DNA of 64,000 nt. Origin: an uncultured delta proteobacterium (GTDB lineage Bacteria > Desulfobacterota > Binatia > JACPRU01). Positions 1-8,866 of the stretch are shown piece by piece. The position numbers and the translations under genes were made by a program. The DNA lies in assembly GCA_963745025.1 (NCBI GenBank), contig CAVUWD010000016.1:384001-448000 (forward strand), in the 5' to 3' direction. The notes under the pieces were generated by a model, which worked only from the letters and a program-made list of their open reading frames with translations, made no database searches and was not told the origin of the DNA. The stretch's first letter is position 1. Each line of letters opens with the position of its first letter.

Positions 1-1110
1 CGGCCGCTTCGGACGCACCAGCAGCTCGCCGGCGGTCCCGTCACCGACCTCCATGCCGTCGTCGTCCACGAGCTTGACGTCGTAGTCGTGATGCGGCTTG
101 CCGCAGGTCCCGGGCTTGCGCTCCGCGAAGGTGCCGAGCAGCGGCAGGCCGATCTCGCTCATGCCGTAGCCTTCGAGCAACGTGACACCGAAGCGACTCT
201 CGAAGGCCTCGTAGACCCCGGGCGCGGCACCGGCCCCGAACAGCAGGCGAAGCGAGTGGTCCGTATCGTCGGAGCGCACCTCGGCCTTGAGGAGGATCTG
301 GAGAATGCCGCCGATGTAGTTGAACTCGGTCGCGCCGTAGCGGCGCACGTCGTCCCAGAACTGAGTCGCTGAAAAACGCTCGGCGAGCACCATGCGCGCT
401 CCGCTGTAGAGCGCCGGCATGGTCGAGAGCAGCTTCGCGTTGCCATGGAAGAGCGGCAGCGCGTTGTAGAGACAGTCCGAGGGGCCGTAGCCGGCGATCT
501 CGGAGACGATCTCGGCCATGTGCACGGCATAGTTGTGCGGCAGCACCGCTCCCTTCGATGGCCCCGTGGTGCCGGAGGTGAACATGACCACGAAGGGGTC
601 GCTCCAGGAGACCGGAACCGGATGGTACGGGGCGTCATCCGCGACGAGGCTCGCCCAGGATCGAGCCACCTTCCCTGCAACGGGCGCGGTGGCGCGCGCA
701 CCGTCGATGACGACGACGTGCTCGAGCGCCGGCAGCTCGGCGATCACCTCGGCGAGCGCCGGGACGAGAGCGGCCTCGATCACGATCGCGGAGCATTCCG
801 CTTGCCGCAGCATGTAGGCCAGCAGGTAGCCGCGATGAGCGGCGTTGATCGGCACCTCGATCGCCCCGATCTTGCAAAGGCCGAAGGTCGTGAACAGAAA
901 CTCGGGGCGGTTCGAGAGCATCACCGCCACCCGATCGCCCTTCTTCGTGCCGAGCTGCTGGAAGCCGCGCGCCACTCGGCTCGCGGCGGCGTCGAGGTCC
1001 GAATAGCTGAAAACCATGTCCCGGAAATACAGAAAGGGGCGGGCGCCGAAGCGACGCGCGCGCTCCTCGAGCAGTGCGTGGACGGTCCGCTCTTCTGGGA
1101 TCGTGGCCAT
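1..1110 (-). CDS. bal: Acyl/aryl-CoA ligase (AMP-binding), probable benzoylacetate-CoA ligase; runs off the left edge
   Basis: Not in the ORF track. Manual translation from ATG 1110 gives MATIPEERTVHALLEERARRFGARPFL...KKGDRVAVML...VMFTSGTTGPSKG (AMP-binding motif)...EGYGMSE. It lies directly downstream of apcD, as bal does in Aromatoleum. Substrate is inferred from context. Confidence 0.75.
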   Translation of the reverse strand, partial: MATIPEERTVHALLEERARRFGARPFLYFRDMVFSYSDLDAAASRVARGFQQLGTKKGDRVAVMLSNRPEFLFTTFGLCKIGAIEVPINAAHRGYLLAYMLRQAECSAIVIEAALVPALAEVIAELPALEHVVVIDGARATAPVAGKVARSWASLVADDAPYHPVPVSWSDPFVVMFTSGTTGPSKGAVLPHNYAVHMAEIVSEIAGYGPSDCLYNALPLFHGNAKLLSTMPALYSGARMVLAERFSATQFWDDVRRYGATEFNYIGGILQILLKAEVRSDDTDHSLRLLFGAGAAPGVYEAFESRFGVTLLEGYGMSEIGLPLLGTFAERKPGTCGKPHHDYDVKLVDDDGMEVGDGTAGELLVRPKRP

Positions 1111-1124
1111 GGGCGCCTCCGTGC

Positions 1125-3203
1125 TTACGCCGCTTTGGCTTTGGCGCGGGCGGCTCCGGGCTCCGGGTACTCTCCGTAGTGGCAGAGGATCTCGGGCTTC
1201 GGCCGGAGCTTCTGCCACTCGCTCATGAACTTGTCGTAGGGTGCGGCGCAGCGCCTGCGCTCGGCACGCGCTTCGTCGCGCAGTCGCTGCGTCGCCTCGG
1301 CGTCCAGGCGCAGCGTCTGCGAATTGTACGCCACCCGATAGACGTTGGCGGCCGCCCAGTGGCTGGTGACGCCGTCGCGAACGTCTCGCAGCACCGCCCC
1401 GGGCTCGCGCTCGAGGACGTCGCCGTAACCGGCGCCGCCGCCGATCGGGACGTAGATCGTGTCGCCCTCGGCAAGGAGCCGCGGCGCCGCGGCGGCGCCG
1501 CGGTACTCGCGCTCGCCGCGCTCGGGCGTGTCGCCGGCGTAGAGCTCACCCAGGTTGCGTGGCAGACCCTCGCCGCCGGCCGCGAGCAGCTCCCCCACGT
1601 TGCTGCCGCGTACCGTCTGGACAAAGATCGGCGGCGCCGCCCGCCCTCCGAAAATGCCGAGCGTCGCCGGAAAGCGGGAGCCAAAGCCCATCCCGCCGAT
1701 CGCGACGCAGGGCACGCCGCGTACCATGAAGCCGAAGGCCACGCCCGCGCCGCCGCGATATTTCCCGTGTCCGTAGGAGTTGTCGAAGAGGTTTCGGAAG
1801 AGGTAGAGAAACGGCCGCTCGGCTTCGATGTCCTCGGCGTCGCCGCAATCGCTCATCGTGGCAAAGAAAGCCCCCGCGGCGTGCACGCCGTCCATGTCGG
1901 GCCGCGCGCCCGCGCCCGTGGCGTTGATCTCCGGGGTGATGTCGGCGATCGGCTCCCCCCACTGGTTCGAGCCGGCCGCTACGGTGATCGAGAAGCCCGT
2001 GTACCAAGCGGCCACGGCGCGCAGGGGATCGATGGCGTAGGTCATGCGCGCGCCGACCATGAACATCCCCTGCGCGAACGCGACCTGCACGGCCGGAGCG
2101 TAGGAGACCGGCGCGTCGCCGCTCGCGCTCACCAAGGTGTCGTCGGGAAACTCCCAGTCGATCGCTTCGAGCAGCGCGTTGTTCGCCGGCAGGTCGTGGA
2201 AAAACCAGCCGCAGAGGTACACCATCGCGAGCCCGAGGATGCCCTGGAAGTAGCTGTTCATCGGGCGATCGAGGAGCATCGGCGAGGAGCCGTCGAGCCG
2301 GAGCTTCAAGCGCTCCCCGCGCTTCTCGACGGCGAGGTTGATTTTGAGCAGCGCGTCGTCGGGGCCGGTGGTGTCGAGGAAGCGCGGCTGGCGGTAGATG
2401 CCGTCGTTCAGGCGCGCGACCTTCCTGCGCGCCGCCTCCGCGGTGACGGAGAGGACTCGGCGCAGCGCCCCGACGAAGAAGCCGGCGCCCTTCTCACCGA
2501 GGATCTCCTTCACGCGCCGCTCGGCGATACGGCAGGCGGCGAGCCGCGCCTTGATGTCGAGCATCATCGTGCGGGGATCGCGGGTCATCGTGCAGATCAT
2601 CGCCAGGAGGTCTTCCTTCAGGGCGCGACTCTCACCGATCTTGATCGGCGGCACGAGCAGGCCCTCGTCGTATCGGGACTTCGCTGCGTTCACCATGCCG
2701 CCCGGCTCGGAACCGCCGCACTCCCCGGTGTGCACGGCGGCGCCGATGAAGCAGACGAGCTCGCCCTCGGCGAAGACCGGAATGGCGAGCCCCATGTCGG
2801 CGTTGTGCACGCCGCCGTAGAAGGGGTCATTGTAGAAGAAGGAGTCTCCATCCCGCAGACCGACGGACGCGTCGTCGCGCCAATGCTTGACGATGTACTT
2901 GACGGGGATCTGGCTGAGCACCGCATGGAAATAGATACCGGTTGCGCAGACCGCGAGGTCACCTTGCGCGGTGTAGATGCCGAAAGCGACGTCGCCCCAG
3001 CGCATGGCGGTGGAGGCCCCGAGCTTCATCGTGGTCTCCTTGCCTTCGAGCGCGACCATCTTCATGCGGTGCGAGAAGATCTCGAAGTCGAGATCTTCCA
3101 CCACCGCCTGCGCCTCGCGCTCGCGCTCCGTGATCGGCTCGGGCCGCAGCCGCTGAACGACCTCGTGGTCGCGTCCGTAACGGAACGAAGCAGATCCCTT
3201 CAT
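1125..3203 (-). CDS. apcD: Hydantoinase B/oxoprolinase-family subunit of acetophenone carboxylase
   Basis: C-terminal 692 aa of ORF 1125..4910. True start is MKGSASF at 3203, with an ATGA overlap with the upstream stop. Motifs: YNDPFYGGVHNAD, AVHTGE, GHGKYRGG, GGGAGYGDVLER. Confidence 0.85.
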   Translation of the reverse strand: MKGSASFRYGRDHEVVQRLRPEPITEREREAQAVVEDLDFEIFSHRMKMVALEGKETTMKLGASTAMRWGDVAFGIYTAQGDLAVCATGIYFHAVLSQIPVKYIVKHWRDDASVGLRDGDSFFYNDPFYGGVHNADMGLAIPVFAEGELVCFIGAAVHTGECGGSEPGGMVNAAKSRYDEGLLVPPIKIGESRALKEDLLAMICTMTRDPRTMMLDIKARLAACRIAERRVKEILGEKGAGFFVGALRRVLSVTAEAARRKVARLNDGIYRQPRFLDTTGPDDALLKINLAVEKRGERLKLRLDGSSPMLLDRPMNSYFQGILGLAMVYLCGWFFHDLPANNALLEAIDWEFPDDTLVSASGDAPVSYAPAVQVAFAQGMFMVGARMTYAIDPLRAVAAWYTGFSITVAAGSNQWGEPIADITPEINATGAGARPDMDGVHAAGAFFATMSDCGDAEDIEAERPFLYLFRNLFDNSYGHGKYRGGAGVAFGFMVRGVPCVAIGGMGFGSRFPATLGIFGGRAAPPIFVQTVRGSNVGELLAAGGEGLPRNLGELYAGDTPERGEREYRGAAAAPRLLAEGDTIYVPIGGGAGYGDVLEREPGAVLRDVRDGVTSHWAAANVYRVAYNSQTLRLDAEATQRLRDEARAERRRCAAPYDKFMSEWQKLRPKPEILCHYGEYPEPGAARAKAKAA

Positions 3204-5344
3204 GGCAAACCTCGTCGCTCGAGAATCCCGTTGCGGAAGGGATCCATCTTGTACATCCAGCTCGACTCGACGACATACGTCGTGTCCGGAGCCTCGATGA
3301 GGGCGGGGCCGGCGATCACGTTGCCGGGCGCGAGCCGCTCGAAGGCGTAGACAGGCGTGTCGACGAGCCCTCGTGCGGAATCGAGCCAAGCCGGTCGCTC
3401 GCCGAGTCGCGCCGAGCGATCGGGCTCCGGCCCGCCCGCCGGTCCGCCGCGGATCTGGGCTCGGCCGTCGGCGACCGACGCGGTGAGGAAAAAGCACTCG
3501 ACGTTGATCCCGCCCATCGGAAACGCCGCTTCGGGGGAATAGATCTCGGAGTAGCGGCGGGTGAACAGGTCGCAGAGCTCCTTCAAGTCTTCGGCGCCAC
3601 GAAGGTCGAGACGCGGCGCCTCGACGCGTGTCAGGTGGTACTGGCTGCCGTAGCGCATGTCGAGCGCGAGGCGGAGGCGGACGCGCTCGGGCGGGAAGCC
3701 CTCGAGACGTAGGTCGCGGAGCGCGAGGTCGCGGAGCTCGTCGACGACGCCGTTGAACGCGCCGAGATCGTCGAGATACGCCTGGCGGTCCCAGCGGAAG
3801 AGCTTGAGCGTCCGCGACGTGTCCCAGACCTGACGGATCTCCATCCTGGCCGCTCCGAAGGCTCCGAAGACCGAAGCCATCGCCGGCACCACCACCGCGC
3901 GCGCGCCGATGTAAGGCGCGACGCCGCAGGCGTGGGTCGGGCCGGCCCCGCCGCAGGCGAAGAGCACGAAGCGGCGCGGGTCGTGGCCCTTGAGCACCAC
4001 CTCGTTGAAGACTTCCTGGCCCATGCGGGCGTCGACCAGCCGCCGGATACGGCTCGCCGCCTCGAGGACGGGGAGGCCGAGCGGCCGAGCGATCTGCTCT
4101 TCGATCGCGGCGTGCGCGAGTTCGGGATCGAGCGGAATCGCGCCGCCGAGGTAGTTGTCTGGATTGAGGAATCCGAGCACGAGGTCGGCGTCGGTCACCG
4201 TTGGCTCGGCGCCTCCCTGGTCGTAGCACGCCGGCCCGGGCATCGATCCCGCCGACTGCGGACCGACCTCGAGCGCATTCTGCATGAGCTCGTTCACCCA
4301 GGCGATCGAACCCCCGCCGGCGCCGATCGATTTGACCTCGATCGCGGGGATGTTCGTCCGCCAGCGGTCGATCACGGGAATGAAGTCGTGAGCGGTGAGC
4401 TCCCCGCCCGCCACCACCCCGATGTCGAACGAGGTGCCGCCCATGTCGGTGAAGATGACGTTGTCGTGGCCGGTGAGCCGGCCGAGCTCGATCGAGCCGT
4501 ACATCCCCGCCACCGGCCCGGCGTTGTGGGTGAGCACGGCGCGCGTGCGCGAGACTTTCTTGCTGCCGCCGGTATTGTGCACGAGGATCAGCGGTTTGCG
4601 GTAACCCTCGTCGCGCAGTTCGTTGCCGAGCCGGCCGAGCGCATCGCTCATCACCCCATGGATGTAGGCGTTCACCACCGCGGTCATCGTCCGCGTGTAC
4701 TCGCCCGACTTGGGCGAGATCTCGCTCGACAGTACGACCGGCATCGCGCCGAGGTAGTCCTCGGGGTACTCCTCCTCGATGATCTCGCGAACGAGCCGCT
4801 CGTGGACCGGGTTCACGAACGACCAGAGCAGACAGACGACGAAGCCCATCGCGCCACGGTCGACGAGTGTCTGGAGCCGCTCGAGGACGTCCTCGCGCGA
4901 GAGCGGACACACGACCTCGCCGCGGCAGTCGATGCGCTCGCGCACGCCGACGATCATGTCGGGCGGAATCAGCGGTTGCGGCTTGACGATGCGCGCGAGG
5001 TCGCCGACTTCGTGCACCGCCAGCCCGTCCGCCCAGCTGCGCGAGCGGCCGATGCGCGTCGTGTCCTCGAATCCGGCCGTCGTGATCAGGCCAAGCTTCG
5101 GCCCGGTGCGCTCGATCAAGGCGTTGGTGCCGATCGTCGTCGAGTAGCGCAGCGCCTCGACGCTGGCGAGAAACTCGCGGATCTCCTGTCCCCTTCGCCG
5201 CGCGAGGTCGCGAATTCCACGCATGAAGCCGACCGAGAGATCGTAGTGCGTCGTCGGCGTCTTGCAGGAGAGGACCTGTCCCTCATCGACCGCGGAGAAG
5301 TCGGTGAAGGTGCCGCCGATGTCGACGCCGACGCTCAAGCCCAT
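3200..5344 (-). CDS. apcC: Hydantoinase A/oxoprolinase-family ATP-binding subunit of acetophenone carboxylase
   Basis: Motifs VDIGGTFTD, STTIGTNALIER, DMGGTSFD, SIGAGGGS, GPACY; 714 aa. Confidence 0.85.
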   Translation of the reverse strand: MGLSVGVDIGGTFTDFSAVDEGQVLSCKTPTTHYDLSVGFMRGIRDLARRRGQEIREFLASVEALRYSTTIGTNALIERTGPKLGLITTAGFEDTTRIGRSRSWADGLAVHEVGDLARIVKPQPLIPPDMIVGVRERIDCRGEVVCPLSREDVLERLQTLVDRGAMGFVVCLLWSFVNPVHERLVREIIEEEYPEDYLGAMPVVLSSEISPKSGEYTRTMTAVVNAYIHGVMSDALGRLGNELRDEGYRKPLILVHNTGGSKKVSRTRAVLTHNAGPVAGMYGSIELGRLTGHDNVIFTDMGGTSFDIGVVAGGELTAHDFIPVIDRWRTNIPAIEVKSIGAGGGSIAWVNELMQNALEVGPQSAGSMPGPACYDQGGAEPTVTDADLVLGFLNPDNYLGGAIPLDPELAHAAIEEQIARPLGLPVLEAASRIRRLVDARMGQEVFNEVVLKGHDPRRFVLFACGGAGPTHACGVAPYIGARAVVVPAMASVFGAFGAARMEIRQVWDTSRTLKLFRWDRQAYLDDLGAFNGVVDELRDLALRDLRLEGFPPERVRLRLALDMRYGSQYHLTRVEAPRLDLRGAEDLKELCDLFTRRYSEIYSPEAAFPMGGINVECFFLTASVADGRAQIRGGPAGGPEPDRSARLGERPAWLDSARGLVDTPVYAFERLAPGNVIAGPALIEAPDTTYVVESSWMYKMDPFRNGILERRGLP

Positions 5345-5351
5345 GATGCCC

Positions 5352-6293
5352 TCAATGCGCGATCCCCCGGATCGACTCGCCGATCTCGCGGACGAGGCCG
5401 ATATCGGTCTGCCGCGGCATCGGTCCCGGCGTGGTGAAGTAGACGGCCGGCCCGCTTCCCGCGGCCGAGAGCGCCGCCGCGGCGCTTTGGCCCGTACTCT
5501 CCGCGTCGCGGAGTGCGAGGGGAACCGCGATGCTCCGGAGGCCCGTCGCGGCGCGCACGACCGCGGCCGGATCGGGAGCGTCGCCCGCGTGGTTCCTGCC
5601 GACCATCAGGTGATCGATCCTGAGGCTCGTCGCTGCGGCGGCCGCCGAGCCTACATCGCGATGGTCCCCGACGTAGAGAATCAGCGCCGCGCCGTAGTAG
5701 TCGGCGATGTTGCGAAGCGTCCCGTAGATGCGGCGGAGCTCCGGCGAGGATTTCCCTGGCTCGCAGGTTTCCACCAGCACGAGCCCATCGGGCCGCGACT
5801 GGCAGATGACCTCGGCGATGCCCACGAGGACCGACTTGAGGGCGGCGACCGCTTGGCGGTCGGGAGCCGGGCCGAGCACGAGCGCGGCGAGACTCGCCGG
5901 GCCCGCCATCGCCACCACACAGCCGCGCTCCGCACGAGCGGTGACAGCGAGCCGCCTCGCCGCTTCGAGGAAGGCGGGCGCGCGCCCCGAGGTCTTCGCG
6001 GCGGGGCTCAGGCTCGGCGGCGGCTCGCCGAGGACCGGTCGCTCTTCCTCCCAGCGGAGCGGGACGCCGCAAGCCTCGGCCAGGATCGACGCGTCCCAGC
6101 CGATCGTCACCGCATCGGCATCGACGAGCGTCGCCACCCGCTCGAGCGAGCCTGCCCAGAGCGTGGGGTCTGCCGTCAGCTCGGCGCCGGTCACCCCCTC
6201 GACGCGGGGGGCGAGATCCTCGACCAAGGGAATGAATGCCGTACCCCCCGCGCGGGCGCGTACGAACTCTTCGAAGAACCTCCCGCCGCTCAT
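5352..6293 (-). CDS. apcE: Probable acetophenone carboxylase epsilon subunit; UroD/MtaA-like N-terminus
   Basis: 313 aa inside the apc operon, a size matching ApcE. ELTADP...DADAVTIGWDASILAEACG resembles the N-terminus of uroporphyrinogen-decarboxylase/methyltransferase barrels. Confidence 0.6.
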   Translation of the reverse strand: MSGGRFFEEFVRARAGGTAFIPLVEDLAPRVEGVTGAELTADPTLWAGSLERVATLVDADAVTIGWDASILAEACGVPLRWEEERPVLGEPPPSLSPAAKTSGRAPAFLEAARRLAVTARAERGCVVAMAGPASLAALVLGPAPDRQAVAALKSVLVGIAEVICQSRPDGLVLVETCEPGKSSPELRRIYGTLRNIADYYGAALILYVGDHRDVGSAAAAATSLRIDHLMVGRNHAGDAPDPAAVVRAATGLRSIAVPLALRDAESTGQSAAAALSAAGSGPAVYFTTPGPMPRQTDIGLVREIGESIRGIAH

Positions 6294-6296
6294 CGC

Positions 6297-6629
6297 TCAC
6301 TTCACTCCGTAACGGCGCTTGAGTGCGTCGATGTCGAGCTCGATCTCGTGGGTCGGCGGGTGCCCGGGAGGAAGGTACTCGCTCTCGATCGTTACCGTGC
6401 ATCCCGGGCAATAGAACTCGATCAAGCGGCAGTAGTCGGGATCCGGCGTGAACGATCGGGCCGCGCCCTCGACCAGAGGCGGATGCGCCTTCTCGAGCGA
6501 CACCTCGGCGACCAGGCAGCCGGTCTTGTAGTCGATGCGGGCATCGGCCAGGGCCTGGCCGCAGTGGTGGCAGCGCCACTGCTCGGCTGCGAGATCGACG
6601 TCGAGTGACTCGGTGATGCGGATCTTCAT
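6297..6629 (-). CDS. apcB: Small Zn-binding carboxylase subunit (acetone carboxylase gamma-like)
   Basis: MKIRITESLDVDL...WRCHHCG...EFYCPGC...EYLPPGHPP. The start at 6629 overlaps the apcA stop (ATGA). Confidence 0.85.
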   Translation of the reverse strand: MKIRITESLDVDLAAEQWRCHHCGQALADARIDYKTGCLVAEVSLEKAHPPLVEGAARSFTPDPDYCRLIEFYCPGCTVTIESEYLPPGHPPTHEIELDIDALKRRYGVK

Positions 6630-8650
6630 GGTCGTGCCACCCGTTCCAGGATTGCGTTCCGATACTCGTCCACGGTGAAGGTCCATCCCGCGCCGACGAA
6701 GCTCGTCGTCTGATCGGACTCGACCAGCGCAGGCCCCTCGAGGCGGTGGCCGCAGCCGAGACGGTGCCGATCGTAGACCGGTACCATCTCGTGCCCCGAT
6801 CGTTTCCCGAGGTACACCGCGCGCTTCCGCCGGATCGCATCCGCCGCCGTGCCGGTCGCGTGAGCGAAGCGCCGCATCGTAAAGTGGGGCACCGGAGCTC
6901 GAGCGAAGAGACCCACGGAGCGGATGGTCATTCCGTTCGTTCGCATGGAAAACGCTCTTGTCGCGCGGGCGATCGCTGCGGCGATGCCGAGCGGCTCGCG
7001 GTGAAAGTCGATGCCGGCCGCGACCCGAGCTTCCCGCTTGTCGGCCTCGACGATCAGCTCGACCGCCCAGGACAGGCTCTGCGGTCGGAAGCCCTCGCCC
7101 CGCATGTCCTGCTCGGCGCGGCCACGCATCTCCGCGATCGCGCTCGCGACCGGAGAGAAGTCGGCGCCAACCTCGAGCGCGACGTCGCTCCGCCGTGAGT
7201 AGAGATGCCCGACGTCCATGAGCGAGGAGGCATAGGCGGAGAACACCGCGGAGAACGGGGTGAGGACGAGCTTGCGAATCCCCGTCCGCTCGGCGAGCGC
7301 GCAGCCATGCAGCGGACCCGCGCCGCCGTAGAGGACCATCAGCGGCTCGTGCTCCGTGCCGATCTCGGCGCGAACCTCCGATGCCTCCCGCGCCACGTCG
7401 TCCTCGATGGCCCGCTTGATACGCAATGCCGACTCTTCCACGGAGAGGCCCAGCGGTCGCGCGACCCGCGCCTCCACGGCAGCCCGCGCTTTAGCGGCGT
7501 CGAGCTGCTTCCGGCCGCCGAGGAAGTAATCGGGATCGAGGAGGCCGAGGACGACGTTCGCGTCGGTGACGGTCGCTTGCGAGCCGCCGAGGTCGAAGCA
7601 CGCCGGCCCTGGGAGCGCCCCAGCCGACTCGGGGCCGACCGTGAGGCGGCCGTCGCGGACGATGGCGATCGACCCGCCGCCCGCGCCGAGGGCACGGATG
7701 GCGAGCATCGGCAGGTTCGTGGGGAAGCCCGCGACCGAGGGTCGCAACGCGTGGCTCGGCTCGCCGTCGACCACGTAGCCGAGGTCGAACGAGGTGCCTC
7801 CCATGTCGGCCGAGATCACCGAGCGGGCGCCGTACAGGAGGCCGATCTCGCGAGCACCGAGCAACCCCGCGGCCGGCCCGGAGTTGTAGGTGTGGATGGC
7901 GCGGGTCTTGGCGACGCGCGCGACCGCGCCGTTGTTGTGTCCGATGAGGAGAGGGCCGTGGTAGTCGCGGCGGCGGAGCTCCTCGCCGGCCCGGTAGAGG
8001 AGGCGCGTCAACTTGTCGTGGATGTAGGCGTTGAGGATCGCGGTGTTGATGCGCTCGCGGTTGCCCGAGCGGTGCGAGACGTCCGAAGCCAGGAACACCG
8101 GCACCGACCCAAGGTAGTCGCGCGGATACTCTCGCCGGATGATGTCGCGGACTGTGCGCTCGCCCTGCGGATTTACATCCGAGTTGGCGAGCGCCACGAC
8201 GAGGCAGCGCGCGCCACGGTCGATGAGCGTCTGGGCGGCGTCGAGGACTTCCGATGGCTCGGGGCTGCGGCGGAGCTCGCCGTCGCTCGCCACCTCTTCG
8301 CGAATCCCGAGGACCATGTCTTTCGCCACGAGGGGCGCCTTGTCCTGCGGGTCGCTCCCGCGCGCGAGCTCCTCCTCGCCGGCGGTGACGAGCAGGCCGA
8401 GCCGCGTACCGTCTCGTTGCAGGATGCAGTTCGTGCCGATCGTCGTGGAGAAGCGGATGAGGTCGGTATCGTAGAAAAAGTCTGCAACCGGGACCCCGAA
8501 GGCGCGCGCTCCCTCCTCAATGCAGGCGAGAAAGCAGACGGTGAGATCGTGGGCTGTCGTGAATGTCTTTACAGTGCGGAACTCCTCGCCGTGGGTAAAA
8601 AACCCGTCGGTGAAAGTACCGCCGGTATCGATATCGATCGTATAGCCCAC
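6626..8650 (-). CDS. apcA: Hydantoinase A/oxoprolinase-family subunit of acetophenone carboxylase
   Basis: Motifs IDIDTGGTFTD, DMGGTSFD, LGAGGGS; paralogous to 3200..5344; GTG start. Confidence 0.85.
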   Translation of the reverse strand: MGYTIDIDTGGTFTDGFFTHGEEFRTVKTFTTAHDLTVCFLACIEEGARAFGVPVADFFYDTDLIRFSTTIGTNCILQRDGTRLGLLVTAGEEELARGSDPQDKAPLVAKDMVLGIREEVASDGELRRSPEPSEVLDAAQTLIDRGARCLVVALANSDVNPQGERTVRDIIRREYPRDYLGSVPVFLASDVSHRSGNRERINTAILNAYIHDKLTRLLYRAGEELRRRDYHGPLLIGHNNGAVARVAKTRAIHTYNSGPAAGLLGAREIGLLYGARSVISADMGGTSFDLGYVVDGEPSHALRPSVAGFPTNLPMLAIRALGAGGGSIAIVRDGRLTVGPESAGALPGPACFDLGGSQATVTDANVVLGLLDPDYFLGGRKQLDAAKARAAVEARVARPLGLSVEESALRIKRAIEDDVAREASEVRAEIGTEHEPLMVLYGGAGPLHGCALAERTGIRKLVLTPFSAVFSAYASSLMDVGHLYSRRSDVALEVGADFSPVASAIAEMRGRAEQDMRGEGFRPQSLSWAVELIVEADKREARVAAGIDFHREPLGIAAAIARATRAFSMRTNGMTIRSVGLFARAPVPHFTMRRFAHATGTAADAIRRKRAVYLGKRSGHEMVPVYDRHRLGCGHRLEGPALVESDQTTSFVGAGWTFTVDEYRNAILERVARP

Positions 8651-8664
8651 GCCATGAGTGTGAA

Positions 8665-8680
8665 TGCCACAAACATGCCA
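8665..8680 (-). promoter_or_regulatory. sigma54 -24/-12 promoter for the apc operon
   Basis: TGGCATGTTTGTGGCA on the minus strand (GG-N10-GC). Confidence 0.6.
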
Positions 8681-8834
8681 TCTCCATCCTTTGTTTTCTT
8701 GGTAATCGACATTGGTCTTCCAAATTGATTCTTGGAGCCGTGATGATTGATTGCTCCCTTTGGCGTCAGAAAGAAAAAACTGGCTCCAAACGAGGCGGAA
8801 TTATCCCAATAAGACTGTCGATCTGGAATTCGAT

Positions 8835-8850
8835 TGGCACGATAATGGCT
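8835..8850 (+). promoter_or_regulatory. sigma54 -24/-12 promoter for padBCD
   Basis: TGGCACGATAATGGCT (GG-N10-GC) in an AT-rich divergent intergenic region. Confidence 0.65.
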
Positions 8851-8866
8851 TTTAATAAGAGCGAGC

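Noticed and set aside
1125-4910. 1261-aa ORF as a single fusion protein
   Set aside because: The part upstream of 3203 is an Arg-rich off-frame shadow of apcC; the real start is the coupled ATG at 3203.
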